A stretch of DNA of 63,975 bases, the filler included, from Bigelowiella natans CCMP2755 (taxonomy: Eukaryota; Protista; Cercozoa): NCBI GenBank assembly GCA_000320545.1. It is 6 parts of 6 records of this genome, joined end to end, with 100 filler letters (N's around TTAATTAATTAA, not from the genome) between each part and the next. Parts side by side here need not be neighbours in the genome. Positions count along the whole stretch, not along the records: positions 1 to 9,438 come from ADNK01000493.1; positions 9,539 to 20,991 come from ADNK01001957.1; 4 more parts are not named here. One strand, 5' to 3'. Below the pieces are notes generated by a model that was given only the letters and a program-made list of their open reading frames with translations, searched no databases and was not told the origin of the DNA. The stretch's first letter is position 1. The number at the start of each line of letters is the position of its first letter. A program made the position numbers and the translations under genes. Positions 1-14,149 of the stretch are shown here, in pieces.

Positions 1-170
1 TGATTTAGGCTGCGACTTCCCTCCTCCTCCTCCTCCTCCTCCTCCTCCTCCTCCTCCTCCCCCCATCCACCCATACTCCCACACGCACTTCATTAACATG
101 TCTTCTTCTTCTCCTCCTCCTCCGTCCACTCTTATCAACCATAAAATACATGTTGCTGCTACCGATGCAG

Positions 171-542
171 GTATATGAGGAGAGGCTCCTGCAGCTGGGT
201 TTCGGACCTGGAATTGTCTTCTTTCGTTGTATGGAGCTCAAGAGCCCTCACGGCCAGCTCAGAGGGGATGCAACACGTGTCATAGAGATCCCGCGGAGTA
301 GTGACATCCGAGCCCTGCGCACTCCTTTTAAGTGCATGATGCTCGTGCCTCAAAATCCAAGCCACGCAGCCCCAATTCACTCGAGATTACCGCGACAGCA
401 AGGCCGCAACGGAGAGCAGCACAACGAGGGAAATCTTGCCGGTTGTAGACCTAAAGCACGCAATAGTAGTAGCAGCAGCAGTAGCAGTTGCAGTAGCAGT
501 AGCAGGAGCAACCCCAAGTGCAGTAGCGCAGAGAGAAAGTGA
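171..542 (+). CDS. Probable terminal exon of an unidentified gene that begins before the window
   Basis: Acceptor gatgcag|GTATAT after a (cct)n-rich intron-like tract; frame stays open to TGA at 540-542. No family recognised. Confidence 0.4.
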   Translation, partial: VYEERLLQLGFGPGIVFFRCMELKSPHGQLRGDATRVIEIPRSSDIRALRTPFKCMMLVPQNPSHAAPIHSRLPRQQGRNGEQHNEGNLAGCRPKARNSSSSSSSSCSSSSRSNPKCSSAERK

Positions 543-1642
543 ATGGGTTAACGTCAGTTTCAAAAATAGGGGGCATGTATGTGTGTATGCGTTTTTTTTT
601 TATCATCACAAGGGCGATGACCGTGCCAAGAATCAGTTGAGCATGGTGATGCTGCCATGAGGAGTAATGACATACAATAACAGCCACACACGCGTCTGCC
701 TACTGTTTCTTACACATTTGATTAAAAATTTCACAGGGAATGGACCTCAACCAGATAGAGGCGATAGCAATCGGAAACATTTCTTTCAGAAAGATGAAAT
801 ATAGCACAGTGTACAGTATTCCAGGCAGTCATTGGAGAGCCGTGTGTTCGTCGAAACACGTTGTATAAAGATGGATTGACAGCTTCGCAATGAAACAACA
901 GCAACCACGCATTATGCAAGAAGTGAGACTTGGAGATGCTGACAATTCATTGAGCATAACTAATATCACTGTTAAATGCTTTTCACGGATAATTCTAAGT
1001 CCAACGACAATACATTGAGGCTAGCAGGCGATGTCAAAGCATGTCTAAGTGCACCTACGATGCAATGCCAACTTCGTTGCAAGTTTTAGCCGGAATAATT
1101 AGAATAAGCACTGTCGAACACACATGCAAGCATTTAACACCTTTAATTACTTTGCGTATTAGTTGCTTTCCGACCAATGATGATGTAGTATGTGCACCTC
1201 TACCCGCTAATATACTTTTCATTGTCATAGCCGTGCAGAGCTCAGATTGTGCATGCTAGTCTTTACATTGTATAATGATGTGAGCGTGTAGACGAGAAAT
1301 GGTTTATTAGTTGCAGCAGAAGCCTAGAAGTGGCACTATAGCGTATGCTCTTAGAGATCATGCATGTGCAGCTGTATGAATGCATGAATGGAAGGAGGGA
1401 GGCCATTTATTCAGTTTACTTAAAAGTGAGGCGTATCACGGACGTGGCACATGCTAGCATGGCGAGAAACTACAGCTATAAATAGCTAGACGGCTGCTTC
1501 TTTTAACATAGGCTCGTTGGTTTTCTGCAGCTGTATCTCTTGAACAACACTCTGTGTGAAATTCACTCTGTGTCTCGTAATAATTGCCACAAACTAGTTC
1601 CATGCATTTGTTGTTTCAGAGAGTCATCCTGTACTTTGGTTC

Positions 1643-1707
<65 letters not shown>

Positions 1708-1771
1708 ATATATACATTTACGACTGGAAATGTATCACAGCCACACTGGAAGATAAGACGAACACGTTGCG

Positions 1772-3041
1772 CTAGAGCGGTAGGATACCGACTTGTCGTC
1801 CATTCATTCCACGAGCACCTGGTACCTGTAAATTATTGCGAGATGAATAAGCTTTTTGAACAAGATGTCAGCAACGCTAAGCATACGATTTGGACGAATA
1901 GTAGCATTAAAAAGCTGGGTGGAAGAACACCCGGTAGTTGAAGAGATAGTAGTGCAAGTCAGCGTCTCCTTTGAGGAACTTCTGCTCACGAAGCATATCG
2001 GGGTCGTTCGAAAGTACCTTTCCATTCAATCATTACAGCGATGTTAAAGACACGCACGCAAAAAGAGAAAATACACACGCACGGACAAGTATGTACTCAC
2101 CTCCAGCGCGTTGACGACATCAAATCCTAAGTAGCACCAATTAAGCGGCACATGTGTGAAGTCATCGCCGATATGATTAACACACACGTTGCTACATGCA
2201 TACATATACACTACGACGCAAGAGAGCACTCAAGCCAAATGAAACGGTCAAATTTTGCAGAAGAGTTCAGAACAACAAAAACAACAACAAAAACAACAAC
2301 AACAACAACAACAAGGGACGGCGACTACGATGACAACGATAACGCGACCCTGCTGTTTTGCGATTCTAAGTGCGCAATTCACGAGATCCGAAGTCGAAGG
2401 GCTAGAAATGAGCAAGGTTGGAGTTAAAGAGTGACAGTATCTGCGTGCATGTGTATGTGTTTGTACAGCAGGCAACACCATCCAGGGCATCATCATATAG
2501 ACGTGCGGATATCGAACATGCGGCTAGGAGGGGGGGCAAAAAAAGGATGATAGTCATCATCATAGTACCCTTTATCACGTCTGCTGTCGGTGGCATAGTA
2601 GTAGAGGTGCGCCACACGTATTGTATTTGATGATGGTGATGATGATGATGATGATGGGGAAGTGCTGCCGTGAGCGCCCACAGCAGTGTTGTCGCGACAA
2701 CGCCCACTCCTTCTCATCCATCCCCCTCTCTCCGCGTCAGAAGGTAGCAACACACGCATTGGCAATGCATAGAATGACACAAAGCCTAAAAGTAGTATAT
2801 TCATACATATTCGTAAGAACAATGCTTCTTCTCACGTAGTAGTCGTCTTTAGTTCGTTTTCTTGTTGTTGCTCTCGGTGCTGCAATCCTGTGAACCTCAC
2901 CAGTAATAACGTGTGGTTTCTTTGGATCTGTGGCGACGAAGGTCCATAAGAGCCCCTCTCGAGGGCTGAGAAAGTGCCGAGTCTCCTCTAATGGATAATG
3001 CATGTATATGATATACACACACATATATAAATAAAAATATT

Positions 3042-3078
<37 letters not shown>

Positions 3079-4431
3079 TTGATATCGTAAATTTGTGTGT
3101 GTGTGTGTACGCAACCTTCAGAGAATGTAGCACAGAGACGGTACTTATCGCTGCAGCTGCGATGCCACAAATCACGCACCTGCCACAAAAAGCAGTATAA
3201 AGAATAGAGGGGGGAGAGGAACTCAAGAAATCAAGAAATCCATTTATATTGTAAGGGGGGAGGAATTCCCGTTCAAACTGTACCTTTTTCACGTCGTTTT
3301 CAGTCATCATCCGCATAGAGAAGGCTGCTCCTTTTGCTGATGAGCTGTAGCTAGTCGCTCTGTGAGCATTCGAATGACGTAATATATTCTCATCTCAGTA
3401 CTGGCATGAACGTTTACTTGCATGGGCTTCAACAACATGTGTAGTAGCAAGAGTTTACTTGCTGATGAAGGTGAAGGGATCGCAACAGGCCGTCTTGCGA
3501 GGTGGAGTCGATGCTGCTGCGGGGGACACTTCAAACGCCTTTTCCGGCAATTCCTCATCCAAATCCAACCTTTTTATGTGTGCGTGTGCGTGCGCGATTT
3601 CGTAATAAAAAGCAATACGATGCTGCTGACAATTCTTCTTCCTCGTATTATATCCGTTGCTATCATTTCATGGGTATGGCTGCTGTCTACTACCATGATT
3701 CCATCTCGCCGACAGTCATCCCCGGGAGAACCTTTTCGCCACGGTGGTGGTGGGCAATAGCGCAATTAGTTCGCATCGATACTATGAATAGGATGAGACA
3801 ACTATCATCCGAAGACAAGAAAATTGGGATTGAAATAATCTCTCAATAGCTCCTAGTGAAATAAATTGCCGGGGATAAGCTCCAGCCGTCTGACCTTTGC
3901 AAACCTGAGGTGAATCAGCTTCTGCGGATTGAGCATTCGATGGTAGTACCTGGGATGGATTATAGACCGATAATTATCCGTTGTCTTCCCTGGAACGCCA
4001 ATGTGCATAGGAAATAGTGAAGAGGAAAAGTAAAGGATGCCTTTTTACCTCGTGGTCACCAGAGGCTTCGCAACCAAGCTCCCGGCCGTAAAACTATTGA
4101 TCATGCATGTATTTCGTTACGATTAGTAATTGGTGACAAATATGTCCTTCTTGAAGGCAGTGCTGAATCACGTACAATGCCTGCCACACGCCGCACAGGT
4201 TCACCCGCCGCGTGATCTGAGAAAACAACAAGAAAAATGACCACACAAAGAGAGGGAGAGGGAGAGGGAGAGGGAGAGAGAGGTGGAAGGGGAGAAATGA
4301 AGAAAACGGGAGAGGGAACATAGGGGGACCTCCTGAATGAGCAAAGGTGCCAGATGTTGGGAACGTAGGTCATTTCTCAACGTCAAGAAGTCTATCGAGG
4401 CCTATCATATTCATATCATAAGTAAGATAGG

Positions 4432-4475
<44 letters not shown>

Positions 4476-4643
4476 GAGATAGAGCGGGGAAATGTGAAGT
4501 TGATATCGTTTTTTCCGTATCTGAGGACAACTCTCCTCTTCCCCCCCCCCTCTTTTATTCGTTCTTTCCTGACCCCTTTCTTGCTCATCTATAACGTACC
4601 ATAGGAAGCTGCTTCTTATCCACACAAATCGTCGCTATACACA

Positions 4644-4684
<41 letters not shown>

Positions 4685-5314
4685 AATACAGGAAGAGTAG
4701 AGAGAAATAACAAGAGGAAGAAGAAGAAGATATGTTCAATACGAGGAAAAGGCTAGCAAGAGGAGGAAGAAGGTCAGCGTTGGAATACGAAAAAAATGCC
4801 AAACGCTCACATTGACCACCATTTAGCTCTTCACAGGAACCTCTCCTTTCAGTGGGGTCTCAAATTTTCCACACACTGCTATCTCTATTGACATGTAGGT
4901 AACGTCGATGACACTGGTGTAGAAGTATGGCGCATTATTATTATCATTATTATCATCATTATTACCTGGGGTAGCCATTATGTAGCCAACGAGCTGACCG
5001 CCAGAGCTCTTCTCACGTAGTCCGAGAAACCTGAGCAGCAGTGCGTTTGGTTGTGACTTTCCACTGCTTATGTTTTCGTGTTGGAGAGGGGGGAAGAGAC
5101 GAGGAGCATTCATATTCAGCATCATTTTTTATTACCATTCAGGCTTGTAGCCTGGCACGAGTGAGGCCCATCTGACATTATATACTATTACATCGAATTT
5201 CTCATTCATCTTTGTTTTCGTCAAATCAGGACAACAACAAAAGTGGGAAACGACGACATTATTTACCGATGTACATATCAATATGTAAAATATACAAACA
5301 TAGAGTGTATTATC

Positions 5315-5351
<37 letters not shown>

Positions 5352-5480
5352 TCTGTACTCGATCAGTTGCTTCGAGTACTGGAATCGAAAGATTCCGTCC
5401 GTATCCTCGATATAATGGTCACGCAGTAAAACGAACACCTGTTTTCCACCGCCCCCACCACAACATTACAACATAGAGTA

Positions 5481-5517
<37 letters not shown>

Positions 5518-6642
5518 CCTTTTGTATGTAGTTGGACATACGATACGTCACTATGTATACATACACACAAGTGTTTCTTGTGCATGTTAGCAAACCACCT
5601 CTTCCAGTTGAGAGCTATTCAGAAGATCCAATGTGTCAAAATAAAGGTCCTCAGGGAGCGAAGGTACCGGCGCTTTTTATCACAGATCAAGTGGGAAAGA
5701 GTAATATATTCAGAATATTCTTATACACAACAAGCCCGACCAAGAGGAAACTTTGGCGATGTTCCTTCTTGTCATTCGATTTTACAAAACGCTCTCACGC
5801 GCATCCCTTTTTCACTATCTTTTCTGGTCAAGGCTTCGACCAGATTTCGCTGAGAGGGGGGAACTACGCTCTAAGGGTCCCGCTTGTGCTTCCGTGTCGC
5901 CTTCTCCAGGCTGAGGACGTGAGATACACGGATAAGACAAATTTAAGCTGAGGAAAGGGAAATAACCGGCAGGGATGTGGATGCTGTGAAGAAGAGCTAT
6001 GATACAAGGTATTGATATTTGCTTCTGTATGTTGTCGTAATAGTGCATATTCATACTTGCGGGATCGGCTGTGATGACCAGAAGCGACGGCGTGCCGTGC
6101 CATTCTTGATGTTTACGCTCAACTCACGTTTGAATTGAGTTGCTGGTTCCTCTTGCCTTCCTCCTTCTTTCTGTAAGTGGTGCAAATCGCAAGAAACATT
6201 GCATGCTAAGGATTTGACTCACGCAGCAACGATAAAGCACACTTGGAGAGTTTCAACCTCCTTCGTCGTTGCCGTCGTTGTTGTGAACGGCAGCCATTTT
6301 TTAAACTGATTTGTCAACCCCGTAGTAACGCCACGCAGCCTGGATACATGCAACAAGATGGTCCAAGTTTGATGTACACTTCCCGCTCAAAATCAGATCA
6401 TTGCAATGGTGTTGGGGCGCTGTTTGCAGCCGTGCAGATACTGGATGTAAGTCTGACCTCGGAATGCGCTTTTCATACCCTTGTTCGTCTACAACCGTGC
6501 GAACCACCACCAAGATGCAAAGACTACAGCAGACTAGATGGATAAGCCCATGATGACGACGATGGTGGTGAAGGCGAGGAGTTTCAGCTGGATGGTGATG
6601 ATACTGGGAATGGACAAGCCGCCTGTGAGAAGACCCAGGCAT
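1772..6642 (-). CDS. NMT: Glycylpeptide N-myristoyltransferase, multi-exon and divergent; start uncertain (ATG 6642 or 6297)
   Basis: Spliced exons give NMT motifs in order: RFWSSQPIP, YFDTLDL..QLEE, HYIEDTDGIFRFQYS, LRSQHLAPLLIQE, ITRRVNLCGVWQALY, HFLSPREGLLWTFV, GFDVVNALE, KFLKGDADLHYYLFNYR, and C-terminal QVGILPL* (stop 1772-1774). Confidence 0.92.
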
Positions 6643-7575
6643 CTACCGACTCACAGCTGCTGGCAGTGTGATTGTTTGTCGGGGGAATCTGTTCTTCTGT
6701 TCCTGGGAAAGGGGTTTTGAGGTAAATGTTGATCTAGACCTTGATTTGAACCGATACTATCTAGTACATGTTGAGGGATACTATACGAGTTGAGGGATAA
6801 GATCTAGTGCATAGCAAACATGAGGGCAATCGATTAGCTCATCCAGATATCGATGGTTTGAAATTTTGACAGGGAACAGGATCATAAAGATCATCGTTTG
6901 TCTGCATGTCAGACATCATCATCATCTTTATCTCCAATTCATCGTGTTGCAGAATACACGATGTATGGGGATTTACTAGGTGCGACAATAAAGAATAACC
7001 AGATAATTACATTAATCCTCTCCAATCATCAATCGGGAATCTGTTTTATCATCACCGTCTTCATCTGCTTTCCCATCAAAATCTCACCTACCCGGTAGCA
7101 GCCTACAACGGCTCCGATTGCAATTGCTGCTGGTTGTGGTGGTGGGGGGGGGGGGCTTGCTGCTCGAATCTCCGTCCTGTTTTCCTATCTCTCCTTCTCC
7201 TCCGCTCTCCATTGTTCAATCTGCATGCCATTGCAATCCGGAATGGTTTTTCCAGAGAGAAGGGTTTATCAAAATTCACATGAGTAGTGATTGCTTTCTT
7301 GCAATGCATTTCAATGGGCTCCTTTTCGGTGCTTTCGCCCGCGTTTTGAAGTTTAATTCGGTGTTTGGAGCAAGAGTGTGCGCCAAAAAATTCCCAACGG
7401 TCCGAGCTAATGCGTCAGATCGGCAATTTTTCTCAGGAAAGATCATTCCCAAGTTCTCCTCCTCCTCCTCCTCCCCAGGCGGTGGCATACAAGCCTTTCA
7501 TCTCAACAACTGAGAGGAGTAGCAGACTGTTCTTTCTGAGTGGACCTGGTAGGAGTAGTCCGAAAATCCAAAAAG

Positions 7576-9060
7576 ATGTTCTACGAACTCTTCCTCATAT
7601 CGCTGGGGGCGGCAATTCTGACCGTGAAGGTGATTTCTTAGCCATTGCACCACTGCATTGTCGTGATGTGAGCTAGTAATCGCAACTAATGTTTTCGTTG
7701 CATCGTGATGCTCGTCTCCAGGAAGCGAGAGAGTTGATGATTGGGGCAATCGTCGTTGCCTTCAATATTCTGATGTGGGTGAACAAGCTGATCTTCGGAG
7801 AGCCTCGTGCCACGCCAAGGTGAAGATGATACTGAAACGATGGCATGGTGGCACCATCTCCTGCCGCATTTTCTCTCCTCTCATCATCCTGCGTTCTTTA
7901 TCTGAGAACAGAGTGTGTAATCGGCATGTTCTTCCTGTACCCAACAGCAAGCAGCAGAAGAGCGCGAAGAAGTTGGACGACAAGCGAGCTGGAAAAGATG
8001 AAAAAATGGAAGACAGCAAGAAGAAGAAGGCCCCTGCCATCGTTCGTAGAAGAAAAGTATCACGATCATCGCATGAGCAATCACTATGATTAACAACCTC
8101 TTGTTTGTTCCATCTACCCTGATTGATTGACGTAAACTCACAACAATCCATCGCTCGGATCACCATTGTCATCATCACGGCACTGGCATTCTCACTCTCA
8201 ATCAATAACATCGTTCTTGAATCGCCTTTGATTTTGACTTTAGGCGGGAGAAGAAGCCTCAAACAAAGACAGCACCAAGAAGAATAGTGCCCCCCCCCAA
8301 GCACCGGCCCTGCCTAGACGTAAACATCGATCCCCGAGCAGGGAGTCAACAAAGGTGGGGTCTAACGAACAGCGAGTCAGGGTTATTACTACCACCTCAA
8401 CGATGAGAACCAAACGCTTCTAGCACCATGGTTGATTTAACGGTTTTGAATTACCATGTCCCATCTCATTACCAGGCCAAGCCAAAGATCATCAGGCGGC
8501 GCAATCGATCTGAGAGTAGTGAATCTACAAAGACAGAGGCAGCTCCTCCCGCCGTGCCTACTCTTCCTCCATGGAAGCACAGAGGGACTAGCGCGCACCC
8601 TCCCAACCCCATAAGCACTACTGTCGACTCGAAAGAAGAGGAGAAACAAAAGGAGGACCGGGCAAGGGCCGAGCGAAGAAAAGCCAAACGGGTTGGTATT
8701 TCTAAAAGAACCGTTGCTTGGTTGCTTGGTTGGTTGTTGCTATTGTTGTCGCGATTGATAACATCTTTCTCGAACGACAACCCAGGAAAACGCGGAGATA
8801 GAGATGGTGGCTTGCGAAGAGAGCTACATAGACAGCCTAACTATACTGCAGGTAGTACTACGAGTAGTAAGTTGTATGTGCTGCTGCTGATGGTGCTGCT
8901 AGTCCTACTGTCATCAGCATCATTATCATCAGCATCATCGTCGTCGTCATTATCATCATCGTCATTACAGGACGTGTACCAGATACCGATGGAAAGAAAT
9001 AGGAAATCGTTGGGTTTAGAGGAAAAAGACCTTAACACTATCTTCAGCTCATATATTCCA
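7576..9060 (+). CDS. DH-domain (RhoGEF) protein with N-terminal hydrophobic segments; 3' part lost in the gap
   Basis: Phase-compatible exons from ATG 7576: MFYELFLISLGAAILTVK|EARELMIGAIVVAFNILMWVNKLIFG, a Lys/Pro-rich linker, then EIEMVACEESYIDSLTILQ|DVYQIPM...EEKDLNTIFSS, matching the start of a DH domain (ELxxTExxYxxxL...P...IFS). Confidence 0.7.
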
Positions 9061-9251
9061 GTACTACTACTTTTAAGTGCTTGCTGCTACCTACCTACCT
9101 ACCCCTGTGGTTGTTGTTGTTGTTGTTGTTGTTATTGCTACTTCATTCTTCCTCTAAATGGCGCTACTGCCCATAGAATGAGCGGAGAGAGAGTGATGAT
9201 GATTTGGGGGGTATCTTTCTGTATAGCCCCTCAGCATCTTCCTCTCCCTCT

Positions 9252-9286
<35 letters not shown>

Positions 9287-9438
9287 ACTAACCCTCTCCC
9301 CCCCCCCCACAACCCCCCCCAATAATAACGACTAATAATGGAAAATGAAAAGAAGACTTTTTGGAAATTTTGAACAATAGGAAGCAAGGTTTGATTTTTG
9401 GGCTTCGTTGACCAGTAAATTTTGTTCCCATCAGCTAA

Positions 9439-9538
9439 NNNNNNNNNNNNNNNNNNNNNNNNNNNNNNNNNNNNNNNNNNNNTTAATTAATTAANNNNNN
9501 NNNNNNNNNNNNNNNNNNNNNNNNNNNNNNNNNNNNNN
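9439..9538. other. Artificial gap/linker
   Basis: 44 N + TTAATTAATTAA (stops in all six frames) + 44 N, identical to four other sites. Confidence 0.97.
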
Positions 9539-9597
9539 CCGGTTAATTAAACCGTAAAAGTAACGTTAACGGTTAGTAACTAACGTAAGTAATAAGT

Positions 9598-9642
<45 letters not shown>

Positions 9643-9674
9643 ACTCCTCTCTCTTCTTTATTATCACCCACCTG

Positions 9675-12600
9675 ACCACAGTACTTAATTGGTTGCTGAT
9701 ACTTCATATTTTGATAATATCTCAACGTCCGGTCTTTTATCACTTGAAACCTATCAGCTGAAAAGTAGTGACTGCTAGCTGTTGTCGATTTAGGCTCTGA
9801 GGAGCTACTCTTCATAGCAGATCCAAAGAAGTTCCTAAAAGAACAACGATACAAATCTCATCAAATCCCACGCATATGCCGGAGATAATAACGACGATGA
9901 TGATATATACCTTCTTGATATTACATTTTTCACTATGATTGATCTTGAAGTACAGCAATCATCATCATGATCTAATCATCATCTTCGCTAATGCCCTTGT
10001 CCACTTACTGAAGAAATAGCTCGAGAAAACGCCTCATACCACTACGATATCTGCGTTGTTAAAATAACAACAAAAACAAAAACAAAAACAAAACGAAAAA
10101 GAAGGCAAAAAAGAAATCAGTCAAACAACATAGTCATTTACTTATACAGCTACACCTATCTATCATGGTCATCATTATCACCATTATCATCATCATCATA
10201 ATCACCATCATCCTCATATTTCTCATCAACAACCCATGCAATTCCACTTGTATAGACCAAGGCAAAACTGACACCGAGCTAACAAATAAACAAAGCAGGA
10301 TGATAATGTTATTGTGCTACAAGGAGGATCATCAATAGGAGGAGGACAGCAGTAGTGTATCAACTTATCGCTGCCAACATTCTTCACCACAATTTTTACT
10401 CATGTGCTCAATTATCAGCGTTCAGGAAGCAGCAGTAGCAGCAGGTTTGTTATTGATATTATTGCAAATATATTCTGCTAAGTGTTCATGTTGATGGGTA
10501 TAAACTAATACCACGTTGTGTAATATTGTCATTATCATTGCTAGGTAGTAGTAATAGCAGCAGTAGTAGTAGAAGTCGTACGCTGAGAAGCCAGCATCTG
10601 ATGCCGCATAAGACAATTCAGCAAATATGTCATTGAACATCTCCTCGTAGAGCAAAGCAATGCTTTGCATCCGCAAATCATTCACGTCTTCTAGGGATGT
10701 CAACACTCCAAGAATCTAAAAACAGGAGGCAGCACAACATGTTAGTGTGTGTGTGTGTGTGTGTGTTCTGTATCATCATCATTATCATTATCATCATTAT
10801 CATCATATTGTTTCTCCCAACGAATCTAACAATATATTCTGCTAACCGCTAACTAGCGATAACTTATGCATACTATAGTTATCTTCTGCTGCTACTGCTA
10901 TAGTACCATGTTGACGTGGGGTTTCTTGTATCTTTTTGTTAGCACATGGCAACAACAACAACAACAACAACAACAACAACGGAACAGCAGATGTTGTTAC
11001 AATATGCAGATCTTATCATGAAATAGCGACTACGCAAACGGTGAAGAACGAAGCGATTCCATCGTTATCATCATCATCATCAGCAGCAGCAGCAGCAATA
11101 GTAATACAGATCAAGCCACCTGGTATCCTGTAGCCACCATGCACGAACCATACCTTCATTCTCGCTTCTTTCAGCGGTTTCCCCCATCTATTTAGTAGCA
11201 TCATCATCATCATCATTATCATCATCATCAATGGTATAAGCATTCCTTGCAGCATCAAGGCGCATATTTCACTCATATATTAGCAAGGAACAAGGACAAC
11301 GACATTTTAAAATAGACAACTGGGCCGAAAAAATCACATTATGATTTCAATATACTCGTTTCAGTGAGTGAGCAAATCGGGTATTCGTTGTATAACACTT
11401 CATTCATATGTTAATACACAAAAACACAAACTGCTGTATGTAGATGCTACCTCCTCCTCCTCCTCCTTTTTCTCCTTGCCGTTCTTGATTTTGTTGATCT
11501 GATCTAACGATTGCCCCTCGCTGAGACTGCTGCTGCTGATGATAGAGCTCTGCTTTTTTGGGGCATCGTTATTTGTCTGCTCCACCACACCATCACCCTT
11601 TTTTGTATTTTGTGTTGTCTTTTCCCAGTCGTCTCGAATCAACAGTGGAAAGTCATATGAAGGATACTTGTTTATCATCATTTTGGATATAAACGAAGAG
11701 GGGGCAAGAGACGTATCCTACAATAACAAAGTGAAGATAGAGAAGTATAGAAGGAGAATGAGATCGAGAATGAGAATGTGCAGAAACAGAACCCTCGTAT
11801 TATGATCTTAAGTCATTAAATGATAATACGTTACAAAAGAGGAGGAAGGAGAGGTTTCATAATGAGAATTGAGAATAAGGGAGAAGAGAGGTGTTGAAGA
11901 ATTATCATCATCAATCATCATCATCCTCATCATCATCCTCATCATCATCACTTTAAGATTGTCTCACCATAGGAATGAACTTATTTCTTTCTGGAAGCAT
12001 AATTTGGGCTGCTGCTGCCGGTAGTTGCGTTTCCAGGCCCTCATCGTTAACAACATCTTTATCACCAATTGTCACCCCTTGCAGTTGTTGTTGTTGCTGC
12101 TGCTGCTGCTGGATCTTTTTAATACGTTCTGATATCACCTCCAGTTTTGACTGTACATTCATGCTGAACGGTTTTACTGCATATTTCACACCATACCTGA
12201 GAGAAAGAGAAAGACAGAGAGAAAGAGAGAGAAAGAAAGCACAAAGTATTCGTCAGCAACAAGTTAATAATAATAACAAATGTATTGAAATCGTAATGAA
12301 GATCACCAACCAGATTACCACAGGAACATCGTCTTACGATAAGGCAAGTAAACGTACACAAGCAGCAGTTGGCCAACCAATTATTAGTAATTATTAGCAA
12401 TATTGCATAATTGGTATTCTCCTCCTCCCCCCCCTCCTCCTCATTATTCCTCCCATTCTATGCACTGACCAGGGTTCCACTTGATCATACTCGATGGTGG
12501 TTCTGTTGTTGCTTTTGTCTGCTGTATTATTTGTAGCCGCAGCTTCTTTTGGAGATACGAGCATCGTTATGGCATTACTTGGATTGATGTAAGACGTGAG

Positions 12601-13512
12601 AAGGTTTCGAATTCTCTGTTAATTATTTGTTATCAAAGAGGAGGATCAGGAGGATCAGGAGGATGGTTTTGTAAGTACTAATTAATATTTCAGCAGCGGC
12701 TGCTCTTTGAGCACATATAAGACTGGCATTTTGGATTGCTGCGATGTGTGTTTGATAGGTGGAAAATAATAACAACAACAACAACAACATATATTATTTA
12801 TGATGATGATGGGCATAATACATCAGGATCGAACGCCTCCCATTGAAACGGTCCTTTCAAGACAGATTTTGGTGGATACACGTGCAACTTTGCTGCAATG
12901 TTTGATGCCATATCGTCTGGGCTCTAAGGAGATTTGTGAGAAGAAAAACAACCACAAGAACAAGAAGACATTTCAAGGATATGAGGAAGAGAGGAAGAGA
13001 GGAAGAGGAAGAGGAAATCTACACCCTCAGTAATAGTTATAATTTGGCGTGAAACCTATGTATGATGCTACAGAGAAACAAGCAAATCTTTATCATGTGC
13101 TTTCGGCGCACAGCACTATGAGCATTGATTAACCTCTCTAGATGATTTATCTAAGGAAGGAAAAAGGAAAGAAAAGTCTGCTGTTGTGCATTGAATGATA
13201 GCTGGCTGCTATCCACGATCACCGCGTTCCACATACCTCCTTTGCAGCGAAGAGGAAATCAAGATTAGCGAGATCTCCATATTCTTTATGCCTCCAGTTG
13301 GTGATTCCATCATTTGAGCTTAAAATCAACACCACGTAGCTGTAGATGTGGTCCAAGATATCTTCGATGTTTTCACCTCCTGAATGATTATGGTGATGAT
13401 GATGGTGATGATGATAATGATGGCGATGATGATGATGATGATGCACAATATTAGCAGCAAGTCAAGGAGTAGTATCGATGTAAGAATCATATCATAATAA
13501 AGCTTGCTACTT

Positions 13513-13543
<31 letters not shown>

Positions 13544-13705
13544 GAGAGGTAGTGAAAAGTAGGAACACCAAGAATAACAACACAACACAAAAAACCTTTT
13601 GGAGTCAAAGAAACGACGATAGTGAAAAGCTCAAAAGAGTCGTAGGTATCACATTCTGTTGTCAGCTGTTAATAGTGGCAGTAGTGAGTAATTGTATAAT
13701 GGTAG

Positions 13706-13740
<35 letters not shown>

Positions 13741-14004
13741 GGGAAGAAGAATAGTAATGAAGACGACGACAAGCAGCAGAAAAGGGAGATAGAGGACAAC
13801 GAACTAGGAGGGTGGATATGAAATATAATTAGCATGTTTGAAAACATCTGATCGATATTTTGAGCAAGTGGATTAATGTCAGAAATGCCAGGTATCATAC
13901 ATACTACAATAACTACTACAACTACTACTACTACTAGAACTACCTCGTTAGCATAATCACGCGATCGAAGCACCTGGAAGATAGATCCTGGAGTTTCCTA
14001 ATAT

Positions 14005-14039
<35 letters not shown>

Positions 14040-14113
14040 ATACATTCAATCCCAACGAACCATCCATTACAGATGTTATCATCATTCGACATTCTTCAAA
14101 CATACAAGTTACA

Positions 14114-14149
<36 letters not shown>

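Noticed and set aside
6233-6297. In-frame TGA after MAAVHNNDGNDEGG, suggesting recoding or an alternative genetic code
   Set aside because: Alternative splice paths avoid it, and TAA, TAG and TGA all serve as normal terminators in other genes here.
8428-9291. 287-aa ORF as a single gene
   Set aside because: Read-through of RhoGEF exons and microsatellite introns; the DH-like exon at about 8786-8851 is in another frame.
9439-9538. Recurrent TTAATTAATTAA palindrome flanked by Ns (5 sites)
   Set aside because: Identical 100-bp six-frame-stop spacer added in assembly or concatenation. It is not biological, and adjacency across it cannot be trusted.
9539-9600. Odd palindromic-looking sequence ccggttaattaaaccgtaaaagtaacgttaacgg
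   Set aside because: Lies at a contig edge next to a microsatellite and looks like a low-quality read end.
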